This document shows, one piece after another, positions 52,251-64,000 of a DNA stretch of 64,000 bases. Source of the DNA: Malacoraja senta (taxonomy: Eukaryota); contig CM075990.1 in NCBI GenBank assembly GCA_038087875.1, positions 14,386,001 to 14,450,000 on the forward strand. Reading direction: 5' to 3'. Position 1 is the stretch's first letter; each line of letters opens with the position of its first letter. Under the pieces are notes generated by a model that saw nothing but the letters and a program-made list of their open reading frames with translations, had not been told where the DNA came from and did no database searches. The translations under genes and the position numbers were made by a program.

Positions 52251-53686
52251 ATCATGTTGAAATTCTGGATACTTGCCGGAGCAAGCACGAAATGTTAGGG
52301 GAGTGTAGTTGCCTTGTTTCACAATAGAACTCTGTTGCCAAAGAAGACCCATGTTAGGCTGGGGAGGGACGTCACGATAGAAAAGCATTGTACTTGCTCT
52401 CGCCCACAGCTTTGAATATCTGCTATTTTTACTATGGGCAATATTTAAAGATTTGATTGCAATTAAAGAGGAAAGTTATTTGCTCCCACTCTGGCTAAAA
52501 GAGCACAAACAAAACTGAGTTTCCTTGAAAAGGCTTGTTGGAGTCCTTCCCTGGTTGAACTGCTTTTTTCAGGTTTCTAGAGGATAGTATGTCATTGTTA
52601 CACTAAATCTAGCTCTGCCAAGAAAAAGCTCTTTCAATGCCTCCTCCTCGAATACAGTCAGTGAAAGACACTCTCACACACCCTCACCATTTAATTTAAA
52701 GAGCCTTCTTTCAGTTTGCATCGATTGTCCTGGACTTTGCAGAAGAATTTAGCTTGAAGTTCTATGTTTTGTGATTTCACCCCCAATGTCTGGATCTAAG
52801 GTACCTACGGTCGACACAAAATGCTGGAGTAACTCAGCGGGTGAGGTGAGGCAGCATCTATGGAGAGAAGGAATTGGCGACGTTTCGGGTCGAGTCCCTT
52901 CTTCAGACTGATGTCAGGGGAGGGGGTGGGACAAAGAAAGAATGTGGGCGGAGACAGTAGGACTCGTGGTAGAACTGGGAAGGGGGAGGGGATGGAGAGA
53001 GAAAGCAGGGGCTGCCCGAAGTACCTACACTCCGTTTATCCCCACTCACAACAATATTCCCTCTGTATCCTTTGTTCTACACAGACGAGCCCGCTCACAC
53101 CCCCTCCATATATCTGAAGAAGACTCCCCACCTGAAAATTCATCTGTCCATTTCCCCTTGCAGTTTCCTCCAGCAGTTTGTTTTCTGCTCAAGATCTGCA
53201 GACTCTTGTGCCTCTCTTCATTTGAATGTTATCACTAATTGCTTGCCAATAATGAACAGATTGAGGACATAGAAGAGCTCAGCACAAAAATGGGTCCTTT
53301 GACCCACAACGGTCCACATTCCTCTATTCCCTGCATAACATGTGCCTAACCCAAAAACCTCTTAAACGCAACTATCCCATCTGCTTCCACCACCTTCCAT
53401 GGTGGTGCGTTCCAAGCCAGAGTGGAGGGAGTGGATCCCAGATTCTGTGTGCAAGAGTATCTTGTCACCAATTGCTTTTCAGGCAGTTATTGGAAACCAG
53501 CCATTTGGCCCTGAGCATTGTGGCTGATAATCTGATGCCTGGAATTGCCCTCTGACTAATCAATTTGCCTGGAACGATTTGAATGCCACAGTGGCATAGG
53601 ATGTAGCGCTTGAGTAGCTGGGACATAGTGCTGATCTTGGGTGCTGTCTGTGCGAAGTTTGCAAATTCTATTAGCTTTAAGGGGAA

Positions 53687-53893
53687 GGGGGTGATGCTGT
53701 CGACCTCCCCGTGGTGAGCCCTGTCAACTGACCTCAGTCAGTCGAGCGACAACAAACAAAGACAGCAGCATCGCCGCAGCTTGGCGCCAACCAGGAGCAT
53801 GCGCCCTTTTTAGGGCGGGCACCTACGAATGTCGAACCGGATGGCATCACCCTGCTGCAGGCTTCTGCTGCCTCAAATGCAAAGAAGAAGAAG
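53687..53893 (+). mobile_element. Short retroposon with (GAA)n tail (Vingi/RTE-derived?) inserted into a CR1 fragment
   Basis: GC-rich ~200 bp ending AAAGAAGAAGAAGA; flanks both contain AGGGGAA and CR1 sequence resumes on the right. Confidence 0.55.
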
Positions 53894-54382
53894 AGGGGAA
53901 AGTTTAAAGGAGATGTGCCGAGGCAGGTTTATACACTGAAACGAGTGGGTGCCTGAAGCAGTTGTCAGGGCTGGTGATGGAAGCAGATATAATAGCGGCT
54001 TTTGGACAGGAACATGGATATGCAGGGAATGGCGGGATATGGATCACGCACAGGCAGAGGAGATTAATTTAACTTAGTATCATGTTTGGCGCAGACATTG
54101 TGGGCCGAAGGGCCTGTGCTGTACTGTGCTTTTCTTCCTGTGACCGAACGGGAGCCATCTCGCACATCTCAAAAACCTTCAGGTACATGGTACAAGGATC
54201 ATAAACATGGTACAGGTACAAGGGATATGGGCCAACTGCAGGCAGGTAGGATGAGCATAGATAAGGTGTCTAGGTTGGCATGGACAAGTTGGGTGGAAGG
54301 GCCTGCTTCTTTGCCGTAAGACTCAATTCAGTTGGATTGACCACCATAAATCACCACTGGTATGCAAATGAAAGGCATTGCA

Positions 54383-54593
54383 GGTAGACACAAAATGCTG
54401 GAGTAACTCAGCGGGACAGGCAGCATCTCGGGAGAGAAGGAATGGGCGACGTTTCGGGTCGAGACCTTCTTCAGACTGACCCGAAAGGTCGCCCATTCCT
54501 TCTCTCCCGAGATGCTGCCTGTCCCGCTGAGTTACTCCAGAATTTTGTGTCTACCTTGGATTTTAACCAGCATCTGCAGTTCTTTCGTACACG
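54383..54593. mobile_element. Palindromic mini-element made of two inverted Penelope-like terminal repeats
   Basis: ~80-bp inverted arms; 14-bp TSD TGAAAGGCATTGCA (54369-54382 and 54594-54607). Confidence 0.85.
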
Positions 54594-55070
54594 TGAAAGG
54601 CATTGCAAATGGGGCACTTGATGGTCTAAAGGGCCAGTTTGTGGGTATATAGGTGATTGATAGATTTGACCATTAGCACCCTCCTACACGAATCCCATTT
54701 TATTCTCTCCTCATTCCTATCCACTGTCCCCAGTTTTTACACTCACCTACATTAACCTACCAACTCACAAGTCTTTGAGAGAGATCCTGGGGAAGGTTCG
54801 GGAATTTGGGATATGAAGGGGTTGGGAAGCAGTGGCTTCCCTCAAATAATCACTAATTACATTATACTTAAAGCCAAGCACCGTTAATGTCTCACGAGCA
54901 CTTCCCTCCCCTCCACCGACAGCACCTATGTGAGCTGTTGGCTCAAGAAGGCACCATACAACATCAAGGATTCTCACCAACCAGGCCATGCCCTCATCTC
55001 ACTGCTACCATTAGCAGGGATCACAGAAGCCTGAAGTCGTGTAGTACCAGTTTTAGGAACAGCTGTGTGT

Positions 55071-55553
55071 AAGAAGGAACTGCAGATGCTGGAAAATCGA
55101 AGGTACACAAAAATGCTGGAGAAACTCAGCGGGTGCATCTATGGAGCGAAGGAAATAGGCAACGTTTCGGGCCGAAACCCTTCTTCAGACTGATGGGGGG
55201 TGGGAGGAGGCGGGGAGAAGAAAGGGAAAATGAGGAGGAGGAGCCCGAGGGCTGAGGGAGAGATAGGAAGGGGAGGAGACAGCAAGGGCTAACAGAATTG
55301 TGAGAATTCAATGTTCATGCCACCAGGATGTAGACTCCCCAAGCGGAATATGAGGTGCTGTTCCTCCAATTTCCGGTGTTGCTCACTCTGGCTGTGGAGG
55401 AGGCCCAGGACAGAGAGGTCGGATACGGAATGGGAGGGGGAGTTGAAGTGCTGAGCCACCGGGAGGTCAGGTTGGTTAGCGCGGACCGAGCGGAGGTGTT
55501 CGGCGAAACGATCGCCAAGCCTACGCTTGGTCTCACCGATGTAGATCAGCTGA
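55071..55553 (-). mobile_element. 5'-truncated Penelope-like element (GIY-YIG C-terminus plus terminal repeat)
   Basis: Reverse complement of ~25810-26274; flanking duplication GAACAGCTG (55057-55065 and 55552-55560). Confidence 0.85.
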
Positions 55554-56983
55554 ACAGCTGCTTTCCGACCACCATAACAATGATAATAAACTTGACTTGA
55601 CTCGACTTGAACTTAAAAGTTTAAGTTAAAATGCCTGCCTGTGCCTATGATGTTGTTTAACGTTTCCGGAAGATGCAGTGATTTAGTCTCTGTTTCTGGG
55701 TTGACAAGTCGGGGCAGATTCATGAGTTGGAGAAATCGCATTTGTGTAGTTAACTAAATCCACAATTTAACAAGAATAAAAGGCAGCCTCAGCAACAATA
55801 ATGATGAACCTACAAAACTGTAAACATTCATGTGCTGTCAAGTAACCCTTTAGGGAAGGCACACACGCACGTTCCTTATTCGACAGATTCCAGACCAAAC
55901 AAGGTTGCCACAATTGCCTCGCCATGCCAGGGCCAATCAGGAATGGACCATTAATGTTGTTAATCAAGGACATCAACAAGCTTAAGAGAAGGTTCCTTCC
56001 CAAAATTACAAACCATTTGCCAGGGTTAGTAGAAACACAGAACTGCAGATGCTGGTTAATACACAAAACGATACAAAGTGCTGGAGTAACTCAGCAGGCC
56101 TTAAATTCCAGGAGCAGAATTAGTCCATTTGGCCCATCAAGTCTACTCCACCATTCAATAATGGCTGATCTATCTTTCCCTCTCATCCCAATTCTCCTGA
56201 CTGCTCCCCATAACCCCCGACACCGTACTAATCAAGAATATGTCAATATCCGCCTTTAAAATATCCATTGACGGCCTCCACAGCCGTCTGTGGCAATGAA
56301 TTCCACAAATCAGGCACCCACTGATCTCAAGCTGTTGAGACCATCATAGAGCCTAAGTTTGCACTATCTAGTGTCCTTCTGCAGGTAACTACTTAACCTG
56401 GCAAAAGGATATAAAGTACTGGAGTAACTTAGCAGAAGGTAGACAAAAATGCTGGAGAAACTCAGCGGGTGAGGCAGCATCTATGGAGCGAAGGAAATAG
56501 GCAACGTTTCGGGTCGAGACCCTTCTTCAGACTGATGTGATGTTTGTGTATTAACCAGCAGTAACTTAGCAAGTCAGGCAGCAGCTCTGGAGAACATGAA
56601 GAGGTGATGTTTCGGGTCGGGACCGTTCTTAAACTATCCATGTTCCCCAGAGATGCTGCCTGACAAACTGTGGCTCTATGATGGTACACAAAAATGCTGG
56701 AGAAACTCAGCGGGTGCAGCAGCATCTATGGAGCGAAGGAAATAGGCAACGTTTCGAGCCGAAACCCTTCTTCAGACTGATCATGCTGGTGATGGTCCCT
56801 ATCGGGCTTGAGAACAGACTGTGGGTATCAGTATCAGAGCCTGCAGACACCAGTTTTTTTTTTGCTGACTATGAATAACAAAAACAGCTGCAATTAATTT
56901 TGTTTTTTATTGTAATGTACAATAAAAGAGAAGTTTGATTCCTCCCCCTCCTTTCGATCTGGGATATTCTGGCGCCCTGTGCA

Positions 56984-57133
56984 AGTTTCATTCCATTTTC
57001 CATCACTGATTGGTCCACGCCTCGATACACCGCCAAACGTCACGGCTTGCAAAGAGTTTGTTCCGGGAAAAACAATTCTTGTTGACAGAAACTGCGACTG
57101 TTTAAGCTGCAAGATCAACATTGCTTGGTAAGT
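56984..57133 (+). promoter_or_regulatory. Candidate stress/cytokine-responsive promoter and first exon of an unidentified transcript
   Basis: IRF-like AGTTTCATTCC 56984-56994; ERSE-II ATTGGTCCACG 57009-57019; ACGTCA 57037-57042; GAS TTCCGGGAA 57061-57069; donor TG|GTAAGT at 57128; locally CpG-rich. Confidence 0.5.
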
Positions 57134-57451
57134 TTCGTGCCGTTACTTTGTGATTCCAGTAAAGCCACTTTGTTTAAAAAAGAAAGATAAGTACTTTTAC
57201 TTTCTGTTTTCCCTTGGGCGTTGCTTGTCCGGGAAACGCCAGCGTCGATCACATCCTCGAGAACAGATCTCAAGTGAAGAAACTGCAGGCAAGAATCCCT
57301 GTTAAAGATTTAACCTGCAACCCCCCACCCCATGCTGGAAACACCTGCGAGGCAAGAGCTGGAAGCTAGCTGAGAATTTTTATCACATTTTTGGATGTTT
57401 ATGGACAGAATCGTTGCATCCTGTGCAAAACAAAAACTACGGTCAGAGATA

Positions 57452-57643
57452 TTCTGTAATGTGGTCTGGTTCACTTGCATTATGTTGGGGAGTTTGAGCT
57501 GGGGACGGAGAGAGCGAACAGGTGCGTGTGTGTCTAAGTGTGTGGAGAAGTTATCGTCCTCTTCCTCCAATCGGGCTAAGGCATCCCTGTCCACACATCC
57601 AGTACTCTTTGTCTCATCATTCCCACGTAACCTAACCCCAGCT
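57452..57643. repeat. Copy A of a duplicated ~190-nt element that can fold (candidate ncRNA)
   Basis: Aligns by eye with 59924-60120; conserved AGCTGGGG/CCCCAGCT closing stem. Confidence 0.6.
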
Positions 57644-58309
57644 GCTCCATTACATTAAGCGAAAACAACCGCTGTGAATAAGAGTTGACGGTCGGTGACC
57701 TTGGTCACTTTCCGGGTCGGAATGCTCCGATTGCCAGGATTATTTGATGTGGATAAAGCGGAGGCTTCATCACAAGGCCACTCTTGATATTTTTTAAAAG
57801 AAGCAGGCGCTTGAGGCGGGTGGACAGTTGAACCAATTACAGGGGAAACTCGTTCAAAAAGAGTTGCAGTTACACAACAGGGTTGGATTTAGCTTAGTCA
57901 TTTTCGAGCTATGTGGAAACACACGTCTGTGTTAAACCACAGGCTTGCAATTTACTTCTGCAAAACACAAAGTGGTGGAGGAACTCAGTGGGTCAGGCAG
58001 CGTCCGTGGACGGAATGGCCATGTCCAATCAACATCCTTATGCTGCATTTTACTTATTCAATGATGAGGACGCCTGTAGTGGCTGCTGTAAATATGGTTG
58101 GAAGTAAATCCAAATGTGCCACAAATGTAGCAGAATCTCCTGTGCACTTTTATCCTGAGGTTGGAAAATCACTCACCTGAACAACTATGCTGCGAAAGTG
58201 TAAATTCCGCGTTCCTTAACATAACATTACCACCATAAATCAACTGCTTTAATTTTAAAAAAACGTTGGCAAATATGAATATGCTGAATTTCTTAACAGA
58301 CATGCATTT

Positions 58310-59140
58310 AGAAACATAGAAACATAGAAAATAGGTGCAGGAGGAGGCCATTCGGCCCTTCGAGCCAGCACCGCCATTCATTGTGGTCATGGCTGATCGT
58401 CCCCAATCAATAACCTGTGCCAGCCTTCTCCCCATATCCCTTGATTCCACTAGCCCCGAGAGCTCTATCTAACTCTCTCTTAAATCCATCCAGTGATTTG
58501 GCCTCCACTGCCCTCTGGCAGGGAATTCTGCAAATTCACAACTCTTTGGGTGAAAAAGTTTTTTCTCACCAGCCTTAAATGGCCTCCCCTTTATTCTAAG
58601 ACTGTGGCCCCTGGTTCTGGATTGGGAACTAACATTGGGAACATTTTTCCTGCATCTAGCTTGTCCAGTCTTTTTATAATTTTATATGTTTCTATAAGAT
58701 TCCCCTTCATCCTTCTAAACTCCAGTGGATACAAGCCTAGTCTTTTCAATCTTTCCTCATATGACAGTCCCGCCATCCCAGGGATCAATCTTGTGAACCC
58801 ACGCTGCACTGCCTCAATCACAAGGATGTCCTTCCTCAAATTAGGAGACCAAAACTGTACGCAATACTCCAGATGTGGTCTTACCAGAGCCCTATACAAC
58901 TGCAGAAGAACCTCTCTACTCCTATACTGAAATCCTCTTGTTATGAAGGCCAACATTCCATTAGCTTTCTTCATTGCCTGCTGTCCCTGCACACCAACTT
59001 TCAGTGACAAGGACACCCAGGTCTCGCTGTACCTCCCCCTTACCTAACCTAACCCCATTGAGATAATAATCTGCCCCCTTGTTTTTGCCACCAAAGTGGA
59101 TAACCTCACATTTATCTATATTATATTGCATCTGCCACGC
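58310..59140 (-). mobile_element. CR1 LINE 3' portion (RT C-terminus plus tail)
   Basis: Minus ORF 58591-59016 'KKANGMLAFITRG...LYRALVRPHLEYCVQFWSP'; (CATAGAAA)n tail. Confidence 0.92.
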
Positions 59141-59262
59141 ATTTAGTGGTAATATGCTTCCTTGAAATATTAATGCAAAGGAAATACTTCCATGTGATGT
59201 TCCTTGCAGATGCTTGATGTCTCTGTGTAATAAACAGGAACTTTGTGTACTAGCTTCCAACC

Positions 59263-59394
59263 GAAAGGTCACCTATTCTTGTTCTCCAGAGATGCTGCTT
59301 CACCCGCTGAGTTACTCCAGCACTCTGTGAAAGGTCACCTATTCTTGTTCTCCAGAGATGCTGCTTCACCAGCTGAGTTACTCCAGCACTCTGT
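59263..59394 (+). repeat. 66-bp tandem duplication of a Penelope-like terminal repeat piece
   Basis: GAAAGGTCACCTATTCTTGTTCTCCAGAG...CACTCTGT occurs twice (59263 and 59329). Confidence 0.85.
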
Positions 59395-59923
59395 GGCTAT
59401 CTTTAGGTCATATCCCAGATCTTTACTCAAGAGTGAGTCTATAACTAGAACAATCCATTCCTAATGTTACAGAAATAAAACCTACTGAATTAATGTGGCT
59501 GAAACTGATTTAAAATGTGAAAAAATAAGTTTGCCACTATTTTCTCAAAAATTATTTAGTTCATCCTTTTTTTCAAAAAGTAACATGCATGTAAACCTTG
59601 CTGATGTCATTGTGTTATATTTAACATCAACAACTTGAAGTATGTTGAAGTTTATCATTTATTGGCTGAGCTTGGGATTGACTTGACTTTGCAGCCAAGG
59701 CCCATCATTAAAACAAAATATTTGTTTAAGAAGGAACTGCAGATGCTAGAAAATCGAAGGTAGACCAAAATGCTGGAGAAACTCAGCGGGTGATGCAGCA
59801 TCTATGGAGCGAAGAAAATAGGCAACGTTTCGGGCCGCAACCTTAACCCTAACATCTGTGACTTGAAATTGGAGTCCATTCACAAATTGTTTGGAAGTGA
59901 AGGTTGTTTTTCCCTATCTAATC

Positions 59924-60120
59924 TTCTGCAATCTGGTCTGGTTGTTCACTTTGCATAATGCTGGGGAGGTTTAGCTGGGGATGGAGAGAGCTAACAGGGG
60001 CAAATATCGAAGGGTTTTTTTTGTGGAGAAGTTCCTTCCCATCCCGCAAGACATCCCTGTTCACACTTAACACATCCAGTACACTTTGTCTCATTACTTC
60101 AAAGTAACCTAACCCCAGCT
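59924..60120. repeat. Copy B of the duplicated ~190-nt element
   Basis: Homologous to 57452-57643. Confidence 0.6.
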
Positions 60121-60469
60121 CCAAAAATGTCCTTTGGAAAATTCACCAGCCTACGCCCTTTTGTTGGCATGATACAACATGCTCGGTATAATTCCCCAGG
60201 CTATTTGGATCGCAGAGACAACTACGCTGTCTTTTCCATTAGGGACATGGGGAGCATGTCACAACCCGAAAGGGAACGCAGCAACTGAGCAAAAGGCTGC
60301 CCCAGGGTGTGTGAAGAAAGAATGTGTGTCATTACCTTGCCTTAGCACACCCTCTCCCCATCCTGCACAATCATTGTTGATTGGGCCAAGTACCCCAAGG
60401 CAAAGTCACAATGCAGACAAAAATCTCCAGCGACCTGCAGTGAGGAGTCGCCCCAGATGTGTAGATTGA

Positions 60470-60970
60470 ATAATTGAATTGAATTAAATTGAATAAATTG
60501 TATTAGCCAAGTATGTACACATACAAGGAATTTGCCTTGGTGCTTTGCTCACAAGTAACAACATGATATACAGTAGACAATTAAAAATAAAACATTATAA
60601 TTTAAACATGTGAAGAATGGAATAAAATACCAGAGCACATGGAGGCTACAGATGTTTGCTGTTGAGTAGAGCTACTGCTTGTGGGAAAAAGCTGCTTTTA
60701 TGTCTGGCTGTGGCGGTTTTGACAGTCCGAAGTCGCCTTCCAGAGGGAAGTGCTTCAAGGAGTTTGAAGGGTCAGAGATGATCTTACCCTCTCGCTTCCT
60801 GGCCCTTGCAGTGTACAGTTCGTTGATGGGGTAGGGGGGGGTGGTTGCAGCCAATAACCTTCTCAGCTGATTGAACGATGCGCTACAGATTCCAGATGTC
60901 GTGCTTGGTGGCTGAGCCAAACCAGACCATGATGGAGAAGGTGAGGACAGACTCTATGATGGCAGTATAA
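60470..60970 (-). mobile_element. LINE 3' end (L2/Rex-like), same family as ~21360-21605
   Basis: Shared GCACCAAGGCAAATTCCTTG motif, AATAAA-like signal and short tandem tail. Confidence 0.65.
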
Positions 60971-62214
60971 ATGGCAGTATAGATGGCAGACTCTATGATG
61001 GCACAACCTATTGCCCACACCTCAGTCTGAAAAAGGGTCTCGACGCGAAACATCACCCATTCCTTCTCTCCAGAGATGCTGCCTGTCCCGCTGAGTTACT
61101 CCAGCACTTTTGTGTCCACCACATTGCCCACACCAGCTGATTACTGATCCATCAGGCTGGCAGCAAACTTTGGAAGAGCCAACATGGTATGGGTTGATTC
61201 ATGTGTAAGAAGGAACTGCAGATGCCGGTTTACACCAAAAGATAGACACAAAATGCTGGAGTAACTCAGCGGGTCAGGCAGCATCTCTGGAGAGAAGGAA
61301 CAGGTGACGTTTCCGGTCTAGACCCTTCTTCAGACTAGTCTTTGATGAATTCAGGTTGGCTGGTAAACCCTTTTCACAGAGATGGCTGTTTCTGAACCCA
61401 TATGAGACCATGTTATTCTTGTTCTGTTCTGATTGTCAGAAACTCCTGCAAGAGGCTGCGTTAGACCCAGGGTTTCTGGGCCAGCTCAGTTCAGATTCGC
61501 TTCCTCTCTCTGAAACCCACTTCCTAAAATATTGTTTTCAGGAAGCTTGTGTTCTTCAGTACATGGTCACAGCCTGAGTGCTCAAGCGACAAAATCGATG
61601 GCAAATTAAGAATATGATATCCACATTGGAATCATATTATCCCACTCATCATATTAACACAGAGTCATGGACGTATTGACCCACAATCATATTAAGCCTT
61701 TGTAAAGCAGTAAATGCAGTATTCAATCACTACCACTTTATGTTCGTTTGATGGGCCTACACCATAGAACAACTGTGGTTGATGTTCTTGGAACATGTTT
61801 GCAGCAATGTATAACCAGATGCCCTCGTATATGACATGCACAGAATGTGGCCTCAGGATTAATGGACATTCGTTTACGAAGGAAATGAGGAGGCATTTAT
61901 TTTGTCAGAGGGTGGCGAATCTGTGGAATTTTTTGCCATTGAAGGCTGTGGAGGCCAAGTCAATGGATATTTTTAAGGCAGAGATGGATAGATTCTTGTT
62001 TAGTACTGGTGTCAGGGGTTATGGGGAGAAGGCAGGAGAATACGGTTCAGAGGGAGAGATAGATCAGCCATAATTGAATGGCGGAGTAGATTTGATTGGC
62101 CGAATGCCCTAATTCTGCTGATTCTATCACATGACCTTGTATATAGATCATTTCCAATCGTCCAAACATGAAAGTCATTGCTTTATTTTATTTCATGGTT
62201 AAAAATTGATTAGT

Positions 62215-62522
62215 TTTGTTTAGTTTAGAGATGCAGCGCAGAAATAGGCCCATCAGCCCACCGAGTCTGCGCCGACTAGTGATCCCCATTCACTAGCACT
62301 ATGCTACACACTAGGGACAATTTACAATTTTTACCGAAGCCAATTAACCCACAAACCTGTACGTCTTTGGAGTGTGGGAGGAAACCAGAGCACCCTGGGG
62401 AAAAAAAAAAAACGGTCACGAGGAGAACGCACAAACTCTGCACAGACAGCATCCGTAGTCAGGGTCGAACCCGTGTTTCTGGCGCTGTAAGGCAGCAAGT
62501 CTATCGCTGCGCCACCATGCCG
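62215..62522 (-). mobile_element. HE1/V-SINE-type SINE
   Basis: Reverse complement of the SINE consensus. Confidence 0.85.
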
Positions 62523-63439
62523 ATCTCAGAGAGAAAAATGCATCAAATATTTAGACATCTCCACATTCTTCCTTCAGTGCATATGAACTGCATTAGTGGG
62601 TGACTTTGTGCTTGGGTGCTTAATTAATTCTTGGGCTAACACTTTGTACTTTTTGTCTTTAGTCTGGGCCATGAGAATCATACTCTTAATCACTGTGTAT
62701 GTAGCAAAATATTTCACATTTAATTTTGATTGGCAGTGGTCTCACTCGTTAATAAAAAAAATATTTGACCAAGTCATCAGCTGTGTGTCTTGACAGAGTA
62801 GACTTGATGGGCTGAATGGCCTAATTCTATTCCTATCACATGATCTTATGGATATAAGAATTTGGATACCACCACTGCCATAATTGTGAGTATACAATTG
62901 TGTCTTGGATTCCATCAAAAGCAGAACAATTTATAAATAAAAATATGATCTTGGAGCCTTGACTAGATTGTTAAAACTGCAACCACTTCAGAGTAAAATC
63001 AGCAGGAATTTTGTAGAACAAGGTATGATGGATGTGAGGTGCAAAGTCCAAATGTCGTTTCTAAATAGAAAAGAGCCTGTACATGTTTGACTTGCTTGTT
63101 AATGGATTAAAGATAACTCTGGAGTGATTTCATGGGAAATGAGATGTGAAACGCTCGCATAATTAAATGTGCCAGGAGCAGGCAGTTTGCATTTCTTCAA
63201 TGCATCATTTGTTGGGTCTCTCTTCATCAGCACTTGAGGAATTCGGGAGCACAGTGCCACAAGATAATAGACTTCCTCATCGAGACTAACCACCCAGTGC
63301 TGTTCACTTTCATGAACCTGGTGCGAGTGAAGTGGAATATGAGCATTGGTGGGCATCAGTGTAAACTGAAGATACTTTCTTCAGCGTCGTTCTTAGCTGA
63401 TCCTTCTCAATCTCCACCCCATAATCCAAAAAAAACCGA

Positions 63440-64000
63440 GCAGAATTAGGCCATTCAGCCCATCGAGTCTGCTTTGTCATTTGATGATGGTTGATTTATT
63501 TTTCCCTCTTGACCCCATTCTCTTGCCTTTCCTCCATAATCTTTTATACCCTTATTGATCAGGTACCTATCAATCTCCAGTTTTAAAATACCCAATGACT
63601 TGGCCTCCACGGCCACCTGTGGCAATGAATTCCACAGATTCACTACCCTGTGGCTGAAGAAATTGCTCCTCATCATCATTCAAAAGGTATGTCCTTTTAT
63701 TTTGAGGCAGTTTCCTCTGGTCCTGGACTCCATTCTATCTCGGCCTTTAAGTTGCAACCAGGGCCCCCTCATCCTTCTAAACTCATGTTGCTCTGTTATG
63801 CTGCTACTTCTCATCCATCAAAACAGCAGCAGGTGCAGGCCCAGAGCCATCAAACGCTCCTATATATAAACCCGATCATATCTGGGATCATTCTCATGAC
63901 CTCCTCTGGACCCTCTCTAACACCAGCATATCCTTCCTCAGATATGGGGCCCAAAACTGCTCACAATATTCCAAATGTGGCCCGACCAGCGCCTTATAAA
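63440..64000 (-). mobile_element. CR1 LINE 3' fragment (runs off window)
   Basis: 'NFFSHRVVNLWNSLPQVAVEA' and reverse-strand '[23 protein letters not shown]'. Confidence 0.85.

Noticed and set aside
59841..59854. TAACCCTAAC resembling the telomerase RNA template
   Set aside because: Sits at the broken end of a PLE repeat; no recognisable pseudoknot, CR4/5 or H/ACA domain nearby
57310..60124. Similar minus-strand peptides APVRSLRPQLKLPNIMQ and APVSSLHPQLNLPSIMQ as a duplicated protein exon
   Set aside because: The DNA alignment has frame-breaking indels next to the block; similarity reflects nucleotide duplication
61356..61577. 73-aa ORF as an exon of the downstream gene
   Set aside because: No recognisable homology and only weak splice signals
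48600..64000. Expected syntenic neighbours CPN1 or a CYP2-family gene
   Set aside because: No exon with recognisable carboxypeptidase or P450 motifs found by eye

Overview
Vertebrate genomic DNA, most likely an elasmobranch (skate, ray or shark), judged from abundant HE1/V-SINE-type SINEs, CR1 LINE tails and Penelope-like repeats. On the + strand it holds the last coding exon of CHUK/IKK-alpha (NEMO-binding motif LDWSWL, 1338-1385) and a complete ERLIN1 gene. ERLIN1 has a CpG/ETS promoter and non-coding first exon at about 14.95-15.01 kb and 11 coding exons at 23941-46927 (357 aa once a 1-nt deletion in coding exon 9 is corrected). At about 57.0 kb there is a promoter-like cluster (exact ERSE-II, STAT GAS site, IRF-like site, strong splice donor) of an unidentified transcript, followed by two diverged copies of a ~190-nt element that can fold. 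Most remaining DNA is transposon-derived: a Penelope-like element (GIY-YIG) with inverted termini, about 20 scattered copies of its terminal repeat carrying a minimal hammerhead-ribozyme core, Harbinger- and hAT-type MITEs, and a short retroposon with a degenerate HDV-like 5' fold. A 1.5-kb microsatellite is bracketed by a perfect 45-bp inverted repeat directly at the ERLIN1 promoter. All assignments come from manual reading and remembered family motifs; no searches or folding programs were run, and repeat boundaries are approximate.
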